This document shows, in pieces, positions 19,253 through 29,846 of a stretch of DNA of 64,000 bases (its first letter is position 1; the number at the start of each line of letters is the position of its first letter). Under the pieces are notes generated by a model. The model was not told the DNA's origin. It saw only the letters and a program-made list of their open reading frames with translations, and ran no database searches. The DNA is from Candidatus Campbellbacteria bacterium GW2011_OD1_34_28 (lineage in GTDB: Bacteria; Patescibacteriota; Minisyncoccia; Phycocordibacterales; UBA12079), in NCBI GenBank assembly GCA_001029775.1, contig CP011215.1, positions 682,303 to 746,302 of the forward strand. The letters run 5' to 3'. The translations under genes were made by a program, and so were the position numbers.

Positions 19253-20785
19253 ATGACGTCACTCCCCAAAAAAGAAATTAAACTTGAAGATTTGTTGAAC
19301 GAAATGAAACACATAGACAGTGATGGTAAAAGATTTGTCACAAAGGCTTTCAATTTTGCCCAAAAAGCACACGAGGGTCAATTTCGACAATCAGGTGATC
19401 CATATTTTTCACATGTGTTTGAAACAGCGAGAATTTTAGCTGAAATCAAAATGGGTCCAAATGTAATTGCATCTGGACTACTCCATGATGTTCTTGAAGA
19501 CACAGATACAGACCCAGAAGAAATTCGAAAAGAGTTCGGAGAGGATGTTTTATTTTTGATTCAAGGTGTAACCAAGCTAGGAAAACTTAAATACCGAGGT
19601 CTTAAAAGACATACAGAAAGTTTAAGAAAGTTTTTTATTGCTACATCAAAAGATGTCCGAGTTTTAATCATCCGTCTGGCTGACCGCTTACATAATATGG
19701 AAACTCTTGAATATTTGCCAAGAGAAAAACAAATTAGAAAATCAACAGAAGTTCTTGAAATCTTTGCGCCCCTTGCCTATCGATTAGGCATGAGATTTAT
19801 TCATAAAAAATTAGAAGACACAGCGTTTTCATATATACAGCCAGAAGAATACGAAAAAACAAAACAGCTTTTACGACAAAGAAAGAAGGCGGATATGAAA
19901 TTCTTAGAAAAGTTTGATCGTTCTCTTAAAAAAGCCCTTGCAAAAGAAGGCATGACAAAATTTTCCACGAGTTTTAGAATAAAAGGTCTTTACAGTTTAT
20001 ATAAAAAATTAAAAAGAAAAGAAGATGGTGTCGAAAAAATTCACGACATAACAGCTTTGAGGATAGTTACAAATTCGGTTGCTGATTGTTACAAAGTGCT
20101 GGGGATAATTCATAGCATATGGAAACCATTACCTGGGCGTCTAAAAGATTACATCGCCTTACCAAAACCAAATGGATATCAAAGTATCCACACTACTATA
20201 TTTACAGGAGATGGGGGAATTATTGAAATACAAATAAGGACTCAGGAAATGCACAATACCGCTGAAATGGGTATTGCATCTCATATCTCTTACAAAGAAA
20301 GAAAAGTTTCTGGAGAAATTTTATCTCAAATAATCTGGTTCAAAAATATTCTTTCCAGATCAACTGGGCAAAATACAGACATAGACAGAAGAAAAACACA
20401 AAGAGACAGTACTCCTGATTGGATAAAAAATCTTGGAGAGGAGTCAGAGGTTAAAAAAGATGGACAACAACTTATAGAAGATTTAAAGAAAGATTTTTTT
20501 GGTCACAGAGTTTTCGTATTTACACCGAGTGGAGATGTTATTGATCTTCCGTTTGAAGCAAGTCCAATAGATTTTGCATATGCGATACATAGCTACATTG
20601 GTAATCACTTAACAGGTGCAAAAATAAATGGAAAACTAGCATCTCTTGATACAAGACTAAAAAACGGAGACATCGTAGAAATTGTCACAAAAAAGACAGC
20701 TGGACCTACGAGAAAGTGGTTAGATCTTGTAAAGACATCTGAAGCAAAAAGAAACATCCGAGCAAAACTTAAATTAGATCAATAA
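19253..20785 (+). CDS. RelA/SpoT homologue (HD hydrolase, synthetase, TGS; no ACT)
   Basis: HDVLED, DRLHNM, DYIALPKPNGYQSIHT, EIQIRT, DFAYAIH. Confidence 0.93.
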   Translation: MTSLPKKEIKLEDLLNEMKHIDSDGKRFVTKAFNFAQKAHEGQFRQSGDPYFSHVFETARILAEIKMGPNVIASGLLHDVLEDTDTDPEEIRKEFGEDVLFLIQGVTKLGKLKYRGLKRHTESLRKFFIATSKDVRVLIIRLADRLHNMETLEYLPREKQIRKSTEVLEIFAPLAYRLGMRFIHKKLEDTAFSYIQPEEYEKTKQLLRQRKKADMKFLEKFDRSLKKALAKEGMTKFSTSFRIKGLYSLYKKLKRKEDGVEKIHDITALRIVTNSVADCYKVLGIIHSIWKPLPGRLKDYIALPKPNGYQSIHTTIFTGDGGIIEIQIRTQEMHNTAEMGIASHISYKERKVSGEILSQIIWFKNILSRSTGQNTDIDRRKTQRDSTPDWIKNLGEESEVKKDGQQLIEDLKKDFFGHRVFVFTPSGDVIDLPFEASPIDFAYAIHSYIGNHLTGAKINGKLASLDTRLKNGDIVEIVTKKTAGPTRKWLDLVKTSEAKRNIRAKLKLDQ

Positions 20786-20844
20786 AAATTATTTAAAAAC
20801 CCTCCTTGAGAATCTGATTTCCAAGGAGGGTTTTTTAAATAAAT

Positions 20845-21609
20845 TTATTCAGAAATAAAAGTTCCAATAATAAAGATAGTTAATACTCCCAAAACTATTA
20901 AAACAAATTGTTTAGCGGTATCACCTGTTTTTCTTCTTTTAGAATTTAACTCTGGGATCAGATCGGACATCGCAATATATAAAAAATTTCCAGCTACAAT
21001 ACCCAAAGCAGGAGCAATAATCTTTTCCACTTGAGAAACAGCAAAAAAAGTCAAAACTGCTCCAAGTATTGTACTAAGAGAAACCAAAAAATTTGTCAGC
21101 AGTGCTTTTGATGTTGAAAAGCCTGAATTAACTAAAACAAAGAAATCTGATGCTTCTTGAGGGAATTCATGAGCCAATACCGCGACAGTTGTAACAATAC
21201 CGATTTCTATACCAGATGAAAAAGCCAAAGCTATAATTATTCCATCAATAAAATTGTGAATAAAGTCGCCCGCAAGAACCAAGTATCCTGCACTTTTAAA
21301 ATTTTTTTCTTCTTTCTCACAACAACCGTCATCTTCTTCGTGATGATGATACCAGTGCAAAAAACGAGAAAAAAGAAAAAAGAAAAGAAAACCGACTAGA
21401 ATATAAATGGAAACATTTTCCATTGATGTTTTTTCTACCGCCTCGGGCAAAATCTCGAAAAAGATTACCGCCAAAAATGTCCCCGCTGCAAATGAAAGAA
21501 ATTTTGAAAGATGTTTTTTAAACTTTTCGTAACCTAAAAATATCAAAAATATCCCCGTCAAAGATACAAGTGATTCAAGTACTGTTGCTAAAATAATATA
21601 TGAAAGCAT
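20845..21609 (-). CDS. ZIP-family metal transporter
   Basis: His-rich loop, HNFIDG, HEFPQE. Confidence 0.9.
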   Translation of the reverse strand: MLSYIILATVLESLVSLTGIFLIFLGYEKFKKHLSKFLSFAAGTFLAVIFFEILPEAVEKTSMENVSIYILVGFLFFFLFSRFLHWYHHHEEDDGCCEKEEKNFKSAGYLVLAGDFIHNFIDGIIIALAFSSGIEIGIVTTVAVLAHEFPQEASDFFVLVNSGFSTSKALLTNFLVSLSTILGAVLTFFAVSQVEKIIAPALGIVAGNFLYIAMSDLIPELNSKRRKTGDTAKQFVLIVLGVLTIFIIGTFISE

Positions 21610-21627
21610 CGATGAAATTTTTAATTT

Positions 21628-22209
21628 TTAATTTTTAATTTTTAATTTTTCAAATAATTCGTCTTTTCCGTCTCCTGTCTTAGCAGAAAATAAGACAATA
21701 TTTTCTGTTCCCAATTTACGGGAAATTTCTTTTAGTTGTTTCAATCTTGCACCCTTGCTAATCTTGTCTATTTTGTTAGCTGTTATTATAAAATCAAAAT
21801 TGTTTTCTTTCAACAAATTTATCATTTCTAAATCAAATTCTGATGGACCTACCTTGAAATCGATTATCAGTACGATTTTTCTTTTTGGCTTGACCTCTTC
21901 TGACAAAAGATACCATAAAATAAGTTTTCTCAATTTTTCTTTTTCAACCGATTTTATTTTTGCAAAACCATAACCAGGGAGGTCTACAAAAAACAAATCA
22001 TTATTAATTAAAAAGAAGTTTATTTCTCTTGTTTTTCCTGGCAACGATGAAGATTTAACAAGAGCTTTTTTAGTTCCAACCAAAGAATTTATGACACTAG
22101 ATTTTCCAACATTGGAACGACCAATAAACGCAATCTGTGGTCTTAGATCATTCAATATATCATCACTTCCTCTTATTCCTTTTATAAAATTAGCTGATTT
22201 AATTTCCAT
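21628..22209 (-). CDS. yihA: Ribosome biogenesis GTPase YihA/YsxC
   Basis: GRSNVGKSS, PGKT, DLPGYG, NKID. Confidence 0.93.
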   Translation of the reverse strand: MEIKSANFIKGIRGSDDILNDLRPQIAFIGRSNVGKSSVINSLVGTKKALVKSSSLPGKTREINFFLINNDLFFVDLPGYGFAKIKSVEKEKLRKLILWYLLSEEVKPKRKIVLIIDFKVGPSEFDLEMINLLKENNFDFIITANKIDKISKGARLKQLKEISRKLGTENIVLFSAKTGDGKDELFEKLKIKN

Positions 22210-22312
22210 AGAATTCAGTATAGAGTAGCGAGTAGTAAGTAGCAAGTAGTAAGTCTAAAAAAAATAATTAAAAACTTTTTTAATTTAATTTTTTAATTTA
22301 TAATTTAAGTCT

Positions 22313-22894
22313 ATGAAAATAATATCAGTATTTGGAGACAGTTTGGTTTATGGGATGGGCGATTCATTAGAAGGCGGTTGGGTTACTAGAGTTCAATACA
22401 AAATAAAAGGAAAAAATAAATTTTTAAATTTTGGAATCCCCGGGGATACTTCTAAAGATCTTCTCGAAAGAATTGACGAGGAACTAAAAGAAAGTAACCC
22501 TGATATCGTTATCGTTCTTATTGGTGCCAATGATTCACAATACAAAAATTCACCAGAAAACACCCTGATTAATATAGAACAATACAAAAATAATTTGGAA
22601 AAAATAGTAGAAAAAATTAAAAAATATACAAATGAAATTATTTTTATAGGATTGCCTAAAATGAATGACAGCATCACAACCGACTGGCACTATATTTATA
22701 ATTTCTGTAATAATAACTTACAAAAATATGATGCTATTATCAAAAATTTTTGTAAAGAAAATTCTTTTAAATACACTCGTCTCTTTGATCTCTTAGAAGA
22801 AGCTGATTTAGATGACGGAGCTCACCCCAACAGTAAAGGTTATGAAAAAATTGCAGACCGAATTGAAGTATCTTTAAGAGAAAATATCGCTTGA
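22313..22894 (+). CDS. SGNH/GDSL hydrolase
   Basis: FGDSL, G, GAND, DGAHP blocks. Confidence 0.9.
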   Translation: MKIISVFGDSLVYGMGDSLEGGWVTRVQYKIKGKNKFLNFGIPGDTSKDLLERIDEELKESNPDIVIVLIGANDSQYKNSPENTLINIEQYKNNLEKIVEKIKKYTNEIIFIGLPKMNDSITTDWHYIYNFCNNNLQKYDAIIKNFCKENSFKYTRLFDLLEEADLDDGAHPNSKGYEKIADRIEVSLRENIA

Positions 22895-22966
22895 TTTTTT
22901 CTAGCAAATGAATAGAATAATATTCAGGTTTGTTTTCAACATCAACTTTTTGGAGGAAGCAAAAGC

Positions 22967-23122
22967 ATGAACTGCACGAAAGACTACGACGGAAAAAACT
23001 GTAGGCGAGATGTCCGTTCGGGCGATTGCCCTGGAAAGAACAGGAATCGTTGTATTGCACCCTCGGGAACAGGCAAAAAACTGCCCATTGTCGGCGGTTT
23101 GATAAGCGCAAGCAGAAAATAA
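22967..23122 (+). CDS. 51-aa Cys-rich small protein (not in ORF track)
   Basis: MNCTKDYDGKNCRRDVRSGDCPGKNRNRCIAP...; GGAGG SD, upstream TTGATT/TAGAAT promoter, downstream hairpin terminator 23142-23172. Confidence 0.55.
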   Translation: MNCTKDYDGKNCRRDVRSGDCPGKNRNRCIAPSGTGKKLPIVGGLISASRK

Positions 23123-23179
23123 GTCGTCGTACGACCTCCGTAACAGCCCACCTTGGTGGGCTGTTCTTTTTTAACGGAA

Positions 23180-23896
23180 TCAGTAAATATTTCCTAATAA
23201 ATAAGATTTTCTTAATTTTTCTGGAAATTTTTCAATTGCATAACGAAGCATTGTACGAGGCATTTTTTTGCAATATTTTTTCAAAAAAATCTCTTCTATT
23301 TTTCTGTCTCTATTCCCCACTTCTCGCAACATCCAACCAACCGCTTTATGTATCAAATCGTGTTTATCGTCCAAAAGAATTTCAGAAATTTTTAAAGTGT
23401 CAGTAAATTGATTCTCGCGAATAAGTGCAAATGTAGAAATAATAGAAATTCTCTTTTCCCAAAGATTTTTTGATTGAGCAAATTTATACAAAATTTTTCT
23501 ATCCGTTTTATCCAACAAATATCGCCCAACAATATTTGGAGCCGAAATATCCACCAAATCCCAGTTATTTATATTTTTAGAATTCTTGATATAAAAATCA
23601 AAAATCTTCTTTTGTAAGACGTCCGACACCTTACAATTTTTATATTTTTCAATCAAAATAACCAAAGCAACAAAATGATAATCGTGAATATTGCTATTCA
23701 ACAACTCTTGCAAGTCATCAAAATTTAAATCAGTATATTTTTTCGCGATTTTTCTTTTTGTCGGAGTATCAATTCCTAAAAACTTTTGCCCCTCCCCATA
23801 CTCGCCTTTTCCTGTTTTAAAAAACCACAAAGCTGTCTTTGCTTTTTCTACGTCTAAATTTTGCTTCAATTCCTTTTTTAATTTTACTAAACTCAT
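23180..23896 (-). CDS. AlkD-like DNA alkylation repair protein
   Basis: FFKTGKGEYGEG, NNWDLVD, HKAVGWMLRE, PRTMLRYAIE. Confidence 0.88.
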   Translation of the reverse strand: MSLVKLKKELKQNLDVEKAKTALWFFKTGKGEYGEGQKFLGIDTPTKRKIAKKYTDLNFDDLQELLNSNIHDYHFVALVILIEKYKNCKVSDVLQKKIFDFYIKNSKNINNWDLVDISAPNIVGRYLLDKTDRKILYKFAQSKNLWEKRISIISTFALIRENQFTDTLKISEILLDDKHDLIHKAVGWMLREVGNRDRKIEEIFLKKYCKKMPRTMLRYAIEKFPEKLRKSYLLGNIY

Positions 23897-23977
23897 TTCA
23901 AAATTATAACAAAAAAATAAAAACCTCAGTAACTTGGTTACTGAGGTTTTTATTTTTTTGTTAGACTTTATTGGGTT

Positions 23978-24499
23978 TTATTTATTCCAGTTTCCTTCTC
24001 CATAACCTCTACCTTGTCTTTCTCCTCCCATTCTAACACCTTCTCCTTTGCCGATTCCTAGACCTTGCATAATTTCTCTTGCTCCATCCAAGTCCCCTGC
24101 TTCACGAAGAGCGTGAGCTTCTACCATCTTAGCAAAGATTTCTGGGGTAACCTTATCTTCCATAGGTGACCCAGCTACAGCTGTTTGGAATGCTGTGTAA
24201 TCGTTGTTTTCTACTGCTGTTCTAGATTCTTCTCTGTGAGCTTGCATAGCACCTCCTCTGTTAAAACCTTTTCCCATTCCCATCTGAGGCAATCCTGCTT
24301 GTTCTCTCAATGCATCTGCACCTTCAAAATCTCCACTCATTCTCAGATCGTGCATTTGATCAAGAACTGTTTTTTGTTCATCAGTTAAATCTTGAACTGC
24401 CTGTCCTCTTCCTACATTGTTATAGGCACTGGTTACTCCAACGCCACCAACAATGAAAGCAAGTGCCAAAACTGAAAAGCTTATTATTTTTCCATTCAT
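23978..24499 (-). CDS. Secreted Gly/Met-rich hypothetical protein
   Basis: Signal peptide; repeated GDxxGA helices; third gene of the ECF operon. Confidence 0.65.
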   Translation of the reverse strand: MNGKIISFSVLALAFIVGGVGVTSAYNNVGRGQAVQDLTDEQKTVLDQMHDLRMSGDFEGADALREQAGLPQMGMGKGFNRGGAMQAHREESRTAVENNDYTAFQTAVAGSPMEDKVTPEIFAKMVEAHALREAGDLDGAREIMQGLGIGKGEGVRMGGERQGRGYGEGNWNK

Positions 24500-24511
24500 A
24501 ATTTTAAATAA

Positions 24512-25423
24512 TTAATTTATAATCTTTGGGCCCGTAGGAGAGGTCGTCCCTCTCTCACACTCTATATTACGCACCTCAAAAATATTTCTTTCATCAAAAT
24601 TATTTTCTCTCATCATCCCTCTCATATTTTCAAATCTACCCTGTCCCATACCCATAAGAGGAGCCTCCACTCCTTCTCGGATAGCCCTTTCCATTATTTT
24701 ACTTCTTAGATAAGAATTTTCTCCACCCACTCTCCATGGTCTTACGACACAAGCATCAAAAGTATTTTCGTCTTTCACATAGCCTACCAAAGCAACGGTT
24801 TTTGCTTCATCCAAAATGATAAAATCAATCTCGTTTAGACGACTTACCTCAACCCTCCATTCTTTACCATTAAAATCTTTTAGCAAAATAACATCGCTTT
24901 TTTCTGAAGGAACTATTGTTCCTGCCAGCAATCCTTCTTCTGGGTGATTCCACAATCCCTGTCTCTTTTCTGTGAATCCTTGATATATAGGAATGTTTTT
25001 TCCTAACATATAATCAGCAAAATAAGCCAACCCAAATTGATAAAATATGAATCCAAAAATAATACTTATTAAAATACTTAATCCTGTTATTTTTGGAACA
25101 CTATATTTGTAACCATCTTTTGTATTTGAAAAATTATAATCAGCGGTCAAGACAAAACCTCCTAGGACAACAATCCATAAATAGGGTGCCATTTTTACAA
25201 TATGTTCAAACAAACTATTACTTAGGTAACGATAAGATTCCCAATCGCTATTTACCAATGTAAAAATTATCAGAGACACCGCAACGCCACCAACAAGAAC
25301 AGAAACCAAACCAAAAAACCACAAAAAATAATCTTTTAAGAGGAACTGCCATTTTGGTCTGGGATAAATATCTTTTTCTTTTATCGCGTCCAATATTTTA
25401 TTTTTTAAGTTTCTATGTTTCAT
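24512..25423 (-). CDS. Membrane protein, probable anti-sigma partner
   Basis: 3 TM plus C-terminal domain; 5 nt downstream of the ECF sigma gene. Confidence 0.55.
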   Translation of the reverse strand: MKHRNLKNKILDAIKEKDIYPRPKWQFLLKDYFLWFFGLVSVLVGGVAVSLIIFTLVNSDWESYRYLSNSLFEHIVKMAPYLWIVVLGGFVLTADYNFSNTKDGYKYSVPKITGLSILISIIFGFIFYQFGLAYFADYMLGKNIPIYQGFTEKRQGLWNHPEEGLLAGTIVPSEKSDVILLKDFNGKEWRVEVSRLNEIDFIILDEAKTVALVGYVKDENTFDACVVRPWRVGGENSYLRSKIMERAIREGVEAPLMGMGQGRFENMRGMMRENNFDERNIFEVRNIECERGTTSPTGPKIIN

Positions 25424-25428
25424 GTTAT

Positions 25429-26001
25429 TTATAATTTTATGTTTGTTTTTTCAAATTCTTCTTTAAATTGTTTCTTTGCTCGATTGATTAGTGTTGCGAC
25501 AGTCCCCATTGGTTTTTTTAAAATATCAGAAATTTCTTTGTAATCTTTTTGCTCAAAAAATTTTAGTATTAAAATTTCACGATATTTTTCGTCCAATTTT
25601 TCCAAAATTTCCTGAATATGCACTTTTAAATATTTTAAATCAATGTCTTTAATAAAGTCAAAATCATTTACAATATTCTCTAAAATTTTATCATCTACAT
25701 CTATATAATTTCCCTGAGGACGAGATTTATTTTTTCTATAATTATCAATTACTTGATTATGAGCAATTCTATAGATCCAAGAAGAGAAACTTAAATTTGA
25801 ATCATAATCATTTAAATTTTGATAAACTTTTATAAAAACATCTTGAAGAATATCCGGTAAATCATCTTTTCTTAAATTTGTAATTCTTTTTATGTAGCGA
25901 AAAAGTTTTTCCTCGTAGCGATCTACGATGTAGGCAAAAAAATCTCTGTTTTGCAGGGACAAAGCGACCAATTCTTCATCAGTTTTTTGAGAATCATCCA
26001 T
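25429..26001 (-). CDS. ECF sigma factor (SigW-like)
   Basis: DILQDVFIKVY, FSSWIYRIAHN, YKEISDILKKPMGTVATLINRAK. Confidence 0.92.
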   Translation of the reverse strand: MDDSQKTDEELVALSLQNRDFFAYIVDRYEEKLFRYIKRITNLRKDDLPDILQDVFIKVYQNLNDYDSNLSFSSWIYRIAHNQVIDNYRKNKSRPQGNYIDVDDKILENIVNDFDFIKDIDLKYLKVHIQEILEKLDEKYREILILKFFEQKDYKEISDILKKPMGTVATLINRAKKQFKEEFEKTNIKL

Positions 26002-26022
26002 ATTTGTATTTTACTCTTTTAA

Positions 26023-26048
26023 TACGAATTTTGATATATTTTCTTTCA
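26023..26048 (-). promoter_or_regulatory. Autoregulatory ECF promoter
   Basis: TGAAAG-N16-CGTA, close to the SigW consensus TGAAAC-N16-CGTA. Confidence 0.6.
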
Positions 26049-26118
26049 ATTTTTTTTAATTTGTGTATTATTCAATAAGGAAGGTAACTAAAGTCCACAA
26101 ACAAGAAAGAGGTAAAAA

Positions 26119-26310
26119 ATGAGCGAAAAAATTGATATTAAAGATTTTGTGTTTTGTATTTCGTGTAATATTTTTTATTTCAAAAATTTGAAAATGTGCC
26201 CTTTTTGCGAGTTTAAAAATAAGGTACATTCAAGTCATAACTCGGATAGAAAAGGGTATGGTTCTAGAGACCACACTTTCTCTACCGAGGCGCACGGTGA
26301 TAAATATTGA
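26119..26310 (+). CDS. Small zinc-ribbon-like protein
   Basis: CISC...CPFC; SD AGAGGT; terminator 26321-26362. Confidence 0.55.
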   Translation: MSEKIDIKDFVFCISCNIFYFKNLKMCPFCEFKNKVHSSHNSDRKGYGSRDHTFSTEAHGDKY

Positions 26311-26399
26311 TTAAGATTTTAAAGCCGTTTGGTTCGCGAGCGAACCAAACGGCTTTTTTTTTAATCCTTAATATTTACTCCTTACACCTTTCCCCTAGC

Positions 26400-27122
26400 T
26401 TAAATTTTATTTAAATAAAATTTAAGCGTATATATCCAATCCTCGTCCGTCCCCTCTATTTCCTTCTGTTTCAACAACCACTCTAAATATCCAGCATCAA
26501 TTTTTGCCACATCTTCTACAAGAGAACCAATATGTTTTCCAAAAACAAATTTTTTAATAATTGATGGTTTTGAAGAAATATCCACCATTCTTTTTATTAT
26601 ATCTTCATAATCAGTGTCTGGGGCTTTCGCTTTGGCAATTTTATACAAATGACCAAAAACAGCCTCTAATACTTTTACATCTCCATCGGCGCTGTGGGCG
26701 ACAATATTTTCCAAATCAACATCATAATAATATCTCAAAAATTGCAAATTATATTCTGGAATTTCTTGCTTTTCATCCAAATATCTTGCCAATCTCAAAG
26801 TACAAATATATTGGGGAACGTTCAATCCCTCATTGTTAAGCATCGCAATATCAAATTTTGCGTTATGGGCTACCAAAATATTTTCTTTCAACAAATCACT
26901 CAATTCTTTTGATGTCTCACTATCAACGAAAGGTTCTTCGTTTTCAACCATTTTGTTCGTAATATTTGTGATACTCATTGCTTTAATAGAAATAGGCACA
27001 GGTGGTTTAAAATTTTTCACTGTCAATTTATCATCTATTTTATAACAAACCTGCATCAAACGATCTTTTTCCAAATCATTGCCTGTAGTTTCTGTGTCTA
27101 AAAAAATTAATTTATCTTTCAT
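26400..27122 (-). CDS. DEDDh 3'-5' exonuclease (DnaQ/ExoX-like)
   Basis: LDTETTG, AHNAKFD, HSADGD, FGKH...YLEWL tail. Confidence 0.88.
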   Translation of the reverse strand: MKDKLIFLDTETTGNDLEKDRLMQVCYKIDDKLTVKNFKPPVPISIKAMSITNITNKMVENEEPFVDSETSKELSDLLKENILVAHNAKFDIAMLNNEGLNVPQYICTLRLARYLDEKQEIPEYNLQFLRYYYDVDLENIVAHSADGDVKVLEAVFGHLYKIAKAKAPDTDYEDIIKRMVDISSKPSIIKKFVFGKHIGSLVEDVAKIDAGYLEWLLKQKEIEGTDEDWIYTLKFYLNKI

Positions 27123-27236
27123 GAGAATAATTGTAGCACAAAACAAAAAATCGTCCGCCAATTGGCGGACGATCTTTTGTTTTAATATACATTTGTATTT
27201 ATTCGTATCATTCGCATCATTTGTATATTGGTATAT

Positions 27237-28019
27237 TTACTTAGAAAGAAGACGATTCAACCAACCAAATAGTGAAAATCCTCCTTTCTGTGCTTCTATT
27301 TCAGAAGTTAATTCTGTTTTAACTTGTTCCAATTCTTTGATCTGAGCGTTCAATGAATCAACAAGAGTTTGTGCTGTTACTTTTGAAACTTCTTCTCCCA
27401 TTTTTTGAAGTCTTTCATTATATTTTTCAACATACTGTTCAGCCTTTTTAATTTCTCCGTAATCAGGTCCGATGAAAAATCTTGCAAAACCTCCTCTCTT
27501 TGCCACATTTTCTATAACAACTTCTGCTTCTTCATATTCTTGATTTTGTTCCTGAGCCATTACTCTGATTTGTTCTCCTACTGTTTCAGAATCATCAGAA
27601 ACACGGATCATTTCTTGAACTGCGTTAGCAATTCTACTTCTTCTTTCTTCTGCTCTCTTTGCAAATTCAAATTTATCATCACTGTCTGTTGATGTGGCAA
27701 TATCATCATCTTCTGTAGATGTTGCTATATCATCGTCTGTTGAAGTTGCTGAGTCATCGTCAAATTCTGCTTCACCAAGTCTTTCAGTTTCTCTTTCTTG
27801 ATTCTTATTTTCTACTCCTTTTGAATCATCATCTGAATCAGATGATCCTGGACATTCTGCAAATTCACAGTTTGGTCCTTGTCTGCCAACAGAAGATCCA
27901 TCTGGACAAATTTTTGCCTCTAATGTACATGCTCTTTGTTGTTCAGCTTCAACAAATGAAATTGCTGAAACCAGTGTAAACACCAAAAACAGAGCAAAAT
28001 AGATACTATTTTTATTCAT
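27237..28019 (-). CDS. Secreted protein with CTLEAKICPDGS Cys motif, DDDIATST repeats and coiled coil
   Basis: Signal peptide; 4-Cys motif; acidic tandem repeats. Confidence 0.7.
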   Translation of the reverse strand: MNKNSIYFALFLVFTLVSAISFVEAEQQRACTLEAKICPDGSSVGRQGPNCEFAECPGSSDSDDDSKGVENKNQERETERLGEAEFDDDSATSTDDDIATSTEDDDIATSTDSDDKFEFAKRAEERRSRIANAVQEMIRVSDDSETVGEQIRVMAQEQNQEYEEAEVVIENVAKRGGFARFFIGPDYGEIKKAEQYVEKYNERLQKMGEEVSKVTAQTLVDSLNAQIKELEQVKTELTSEIEAQKGGFSLFGWLNRLLSK

Positions 28020-28164
28020 AATTTTTATATATTTTGTGTTAAATTTAATTAATAATCCTTTAATAATTGATCTCAGAAACCAATCAAAAGGACATCTAAA
28101 GTATATCAAAAACACCGAAAAACACTAGCAAATTCAACACTTGTCAAAAAACCCTTATATCTTA

Positions 28165-28680
28165 CTAGTAAACTAGAATCTTTCCTAAATGAATATTATT
28201 AGTTGCATTTGTATATTCCCAAAGACCAACTTGAGTGAAGGTATACTCATACACTCCATCATAGCCAACAGTCTGTGACTGATTTAATTGTTTGTGAAAT
28301 AAATCACTCTGATCAGTCGCAAAAACTCTCATTGATGTACTTGATTTGTTAATGAACCTAACAGAAGTCCCCCTTTTTATAGTTAAATCATTAGGTGAAA
28401 AACCACTCTTGTAATAATAAATTAAATAAACACCCTCTGGAGTAATGGTCGAGGTTTTGGTAGTAGTCGTCTTTGTACCAGTCGTTGTATTTTTTGTAGA
28501 TGTCGTCGTAGTTTTATTTGTAGAAGTCGCTGTTGAACCTCCTTCTATAATTTCAACATTTGGTTCATTTTGATTATTATTAATCCCCACACCAAAATAG
28601 TTTTGATAGAAATAATAAGTTGCAACCGCCACCGCGCCAACCAACAAAATCAAAAATATATCCTTTATTTTTTCTTCCAT
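28165..28680 (-). CDS. Membrane-anchored cupredoxin-like protein
   Basis: TM, Thr-rich linker, FSPNDLTIKRGTSVRFIN...YTFTQVGLWEY. Confidence 0.65.
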   Translation of the reverse strand: MEEKIKDIFLILLVGAVAVATYYFYQNYFGVGINNNQNEPNVEIIEGGSTATSTNKTTTTSTKNTTTGTKTTTTKTSTITPEGVYLIYYYKSGFSPNDLTIKRGTSVRFINKSSTSMRVFATDQSDLFHKQLNQSQTVGYDGVYEYTFTQVGLWEYTNATNNIHLGKILVY

Positions 28681-28836
28681 AAAAATTTGATTAAATTTAT
28701 AAATATAATTATTAAATAAAATAGTTTCTTTTACTATTGATTAAATTATAACATCAAAAAACAAAAGAAAAACAATTAAAATCCAGATTTTACATATAAA
28801 AAATGCGGTCGTATTTTTTATATGTAAAATATTTTT

Positions 28837-29832
28837 TTAATTTTTTAAATATTTTTCTATATTTTCTTTGTGACTTTCATAATCTTTTGCACAGTGGATT
28901 TCTCTGCTTGAATCGTGCAAATAATATAGACAATCAGTCTTTTCGGGATACAGGACAGCACTTATGGCATTAATCCCTGGATTAGCGATAGGATGAGGGG
29001 GTAGGCCTTTATACATGTAGGTATTATATGGAGAATTTATTTTTTTATCCGCAACACTAATAGGAGCCCACCAACCATCCCCTTTATCTCCTCTTGCATA
29101 TTGGATAGTTGCATCAATATCCAATTTCATTCCCTGTAAAAGACGATTCCACAAAATTCCTGCAACCAAAGGCATATCTATTTCTCCACCTGCTTCTCTT
29201 TCTACCAGAGAAGCAATTTTTATCAAGGTTGTCCATTTTATATTTTGATTGATTGCCTCTTTTGAAAAAGGTTCAAATTTTTCATTGAAACGAGTATACA
29301 ATCTTTTTACAATATCACTTGGCGATTCATCTACTGGAATTAAATAGGTATCAGGAAAAAATATTCCTTCATCCAAAGCTGATATATTGTTGGTCTCTTT
29401 TATAAATTCATCATATTTTTCGTCACTCCAACCAAACTCTTTAACAAAAATTTCACCGATTTGTTCCTTTCTATATCCCTCTTTTATAATCACCCATACC
29501 ATATAGGGGTCCCCTTTTATTGTTTTTGCAATTTCCCAAGCAGACATGCTTTTCGAGATTTTATAAGCTCCTTCTTGCACACAATTAAAACATCCGAGAG
29601 CAATTCCAAAACCAAACTTATTTTTTATAAAACCTTTTTCATAAAGATCATTTTTTATTTTATCCGAATTATTTATTCCCATCTGGATAATAAATCTTTC
29701 GGGTTCACTTTCTTTTTGTGGAGCAGAAAAAAAATAATTACTGAAAAATAATATTGCGAGCCCAATCAATAATAAAATTCCAAAAATAACAAAAAATATT
29801 GGTTTATTTTTTTGTCCTGGGTGTATCAACAT
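28837..29832 (-). CDS. mltG: Endolytic transglycosylase MltG
   Basis: EGIFFPDTY, ASLVEREA, SPYNTY, GLPPHPIANPG. Confidence 0.92.
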   Translation of the reverse strand: MLIHPGQKNKPIFFVIFGILLLIGLAILFFSNYFFSAPQKESEPERFIIQMGINNSDKIKNDLYEKGFIKNKFGFGIALGCFNCVQEGAYKISKSMSAWEIAKTIKGDPYMVWVIIKEGYRKEQIGEIFVKEFGWSDEKYDEFIKETNNISALDEGIFFPDTYLIPVDESPSDIVKRLYTRFNEKFEPFSKEAINQNIKWTTLIKIASLVEREAGGEIDMPLVAGILWNRLLQGMKLDIDATIQYARGDKGDGWWAPISVADKKINSPYNTYMYKGLPPHPIANPGINAISAVLYPEKTDCLYYLHDSSREIHCAKDYESHKENIEKYLKN

Positions 29833-29846
29833 AATATCAATTCAAA

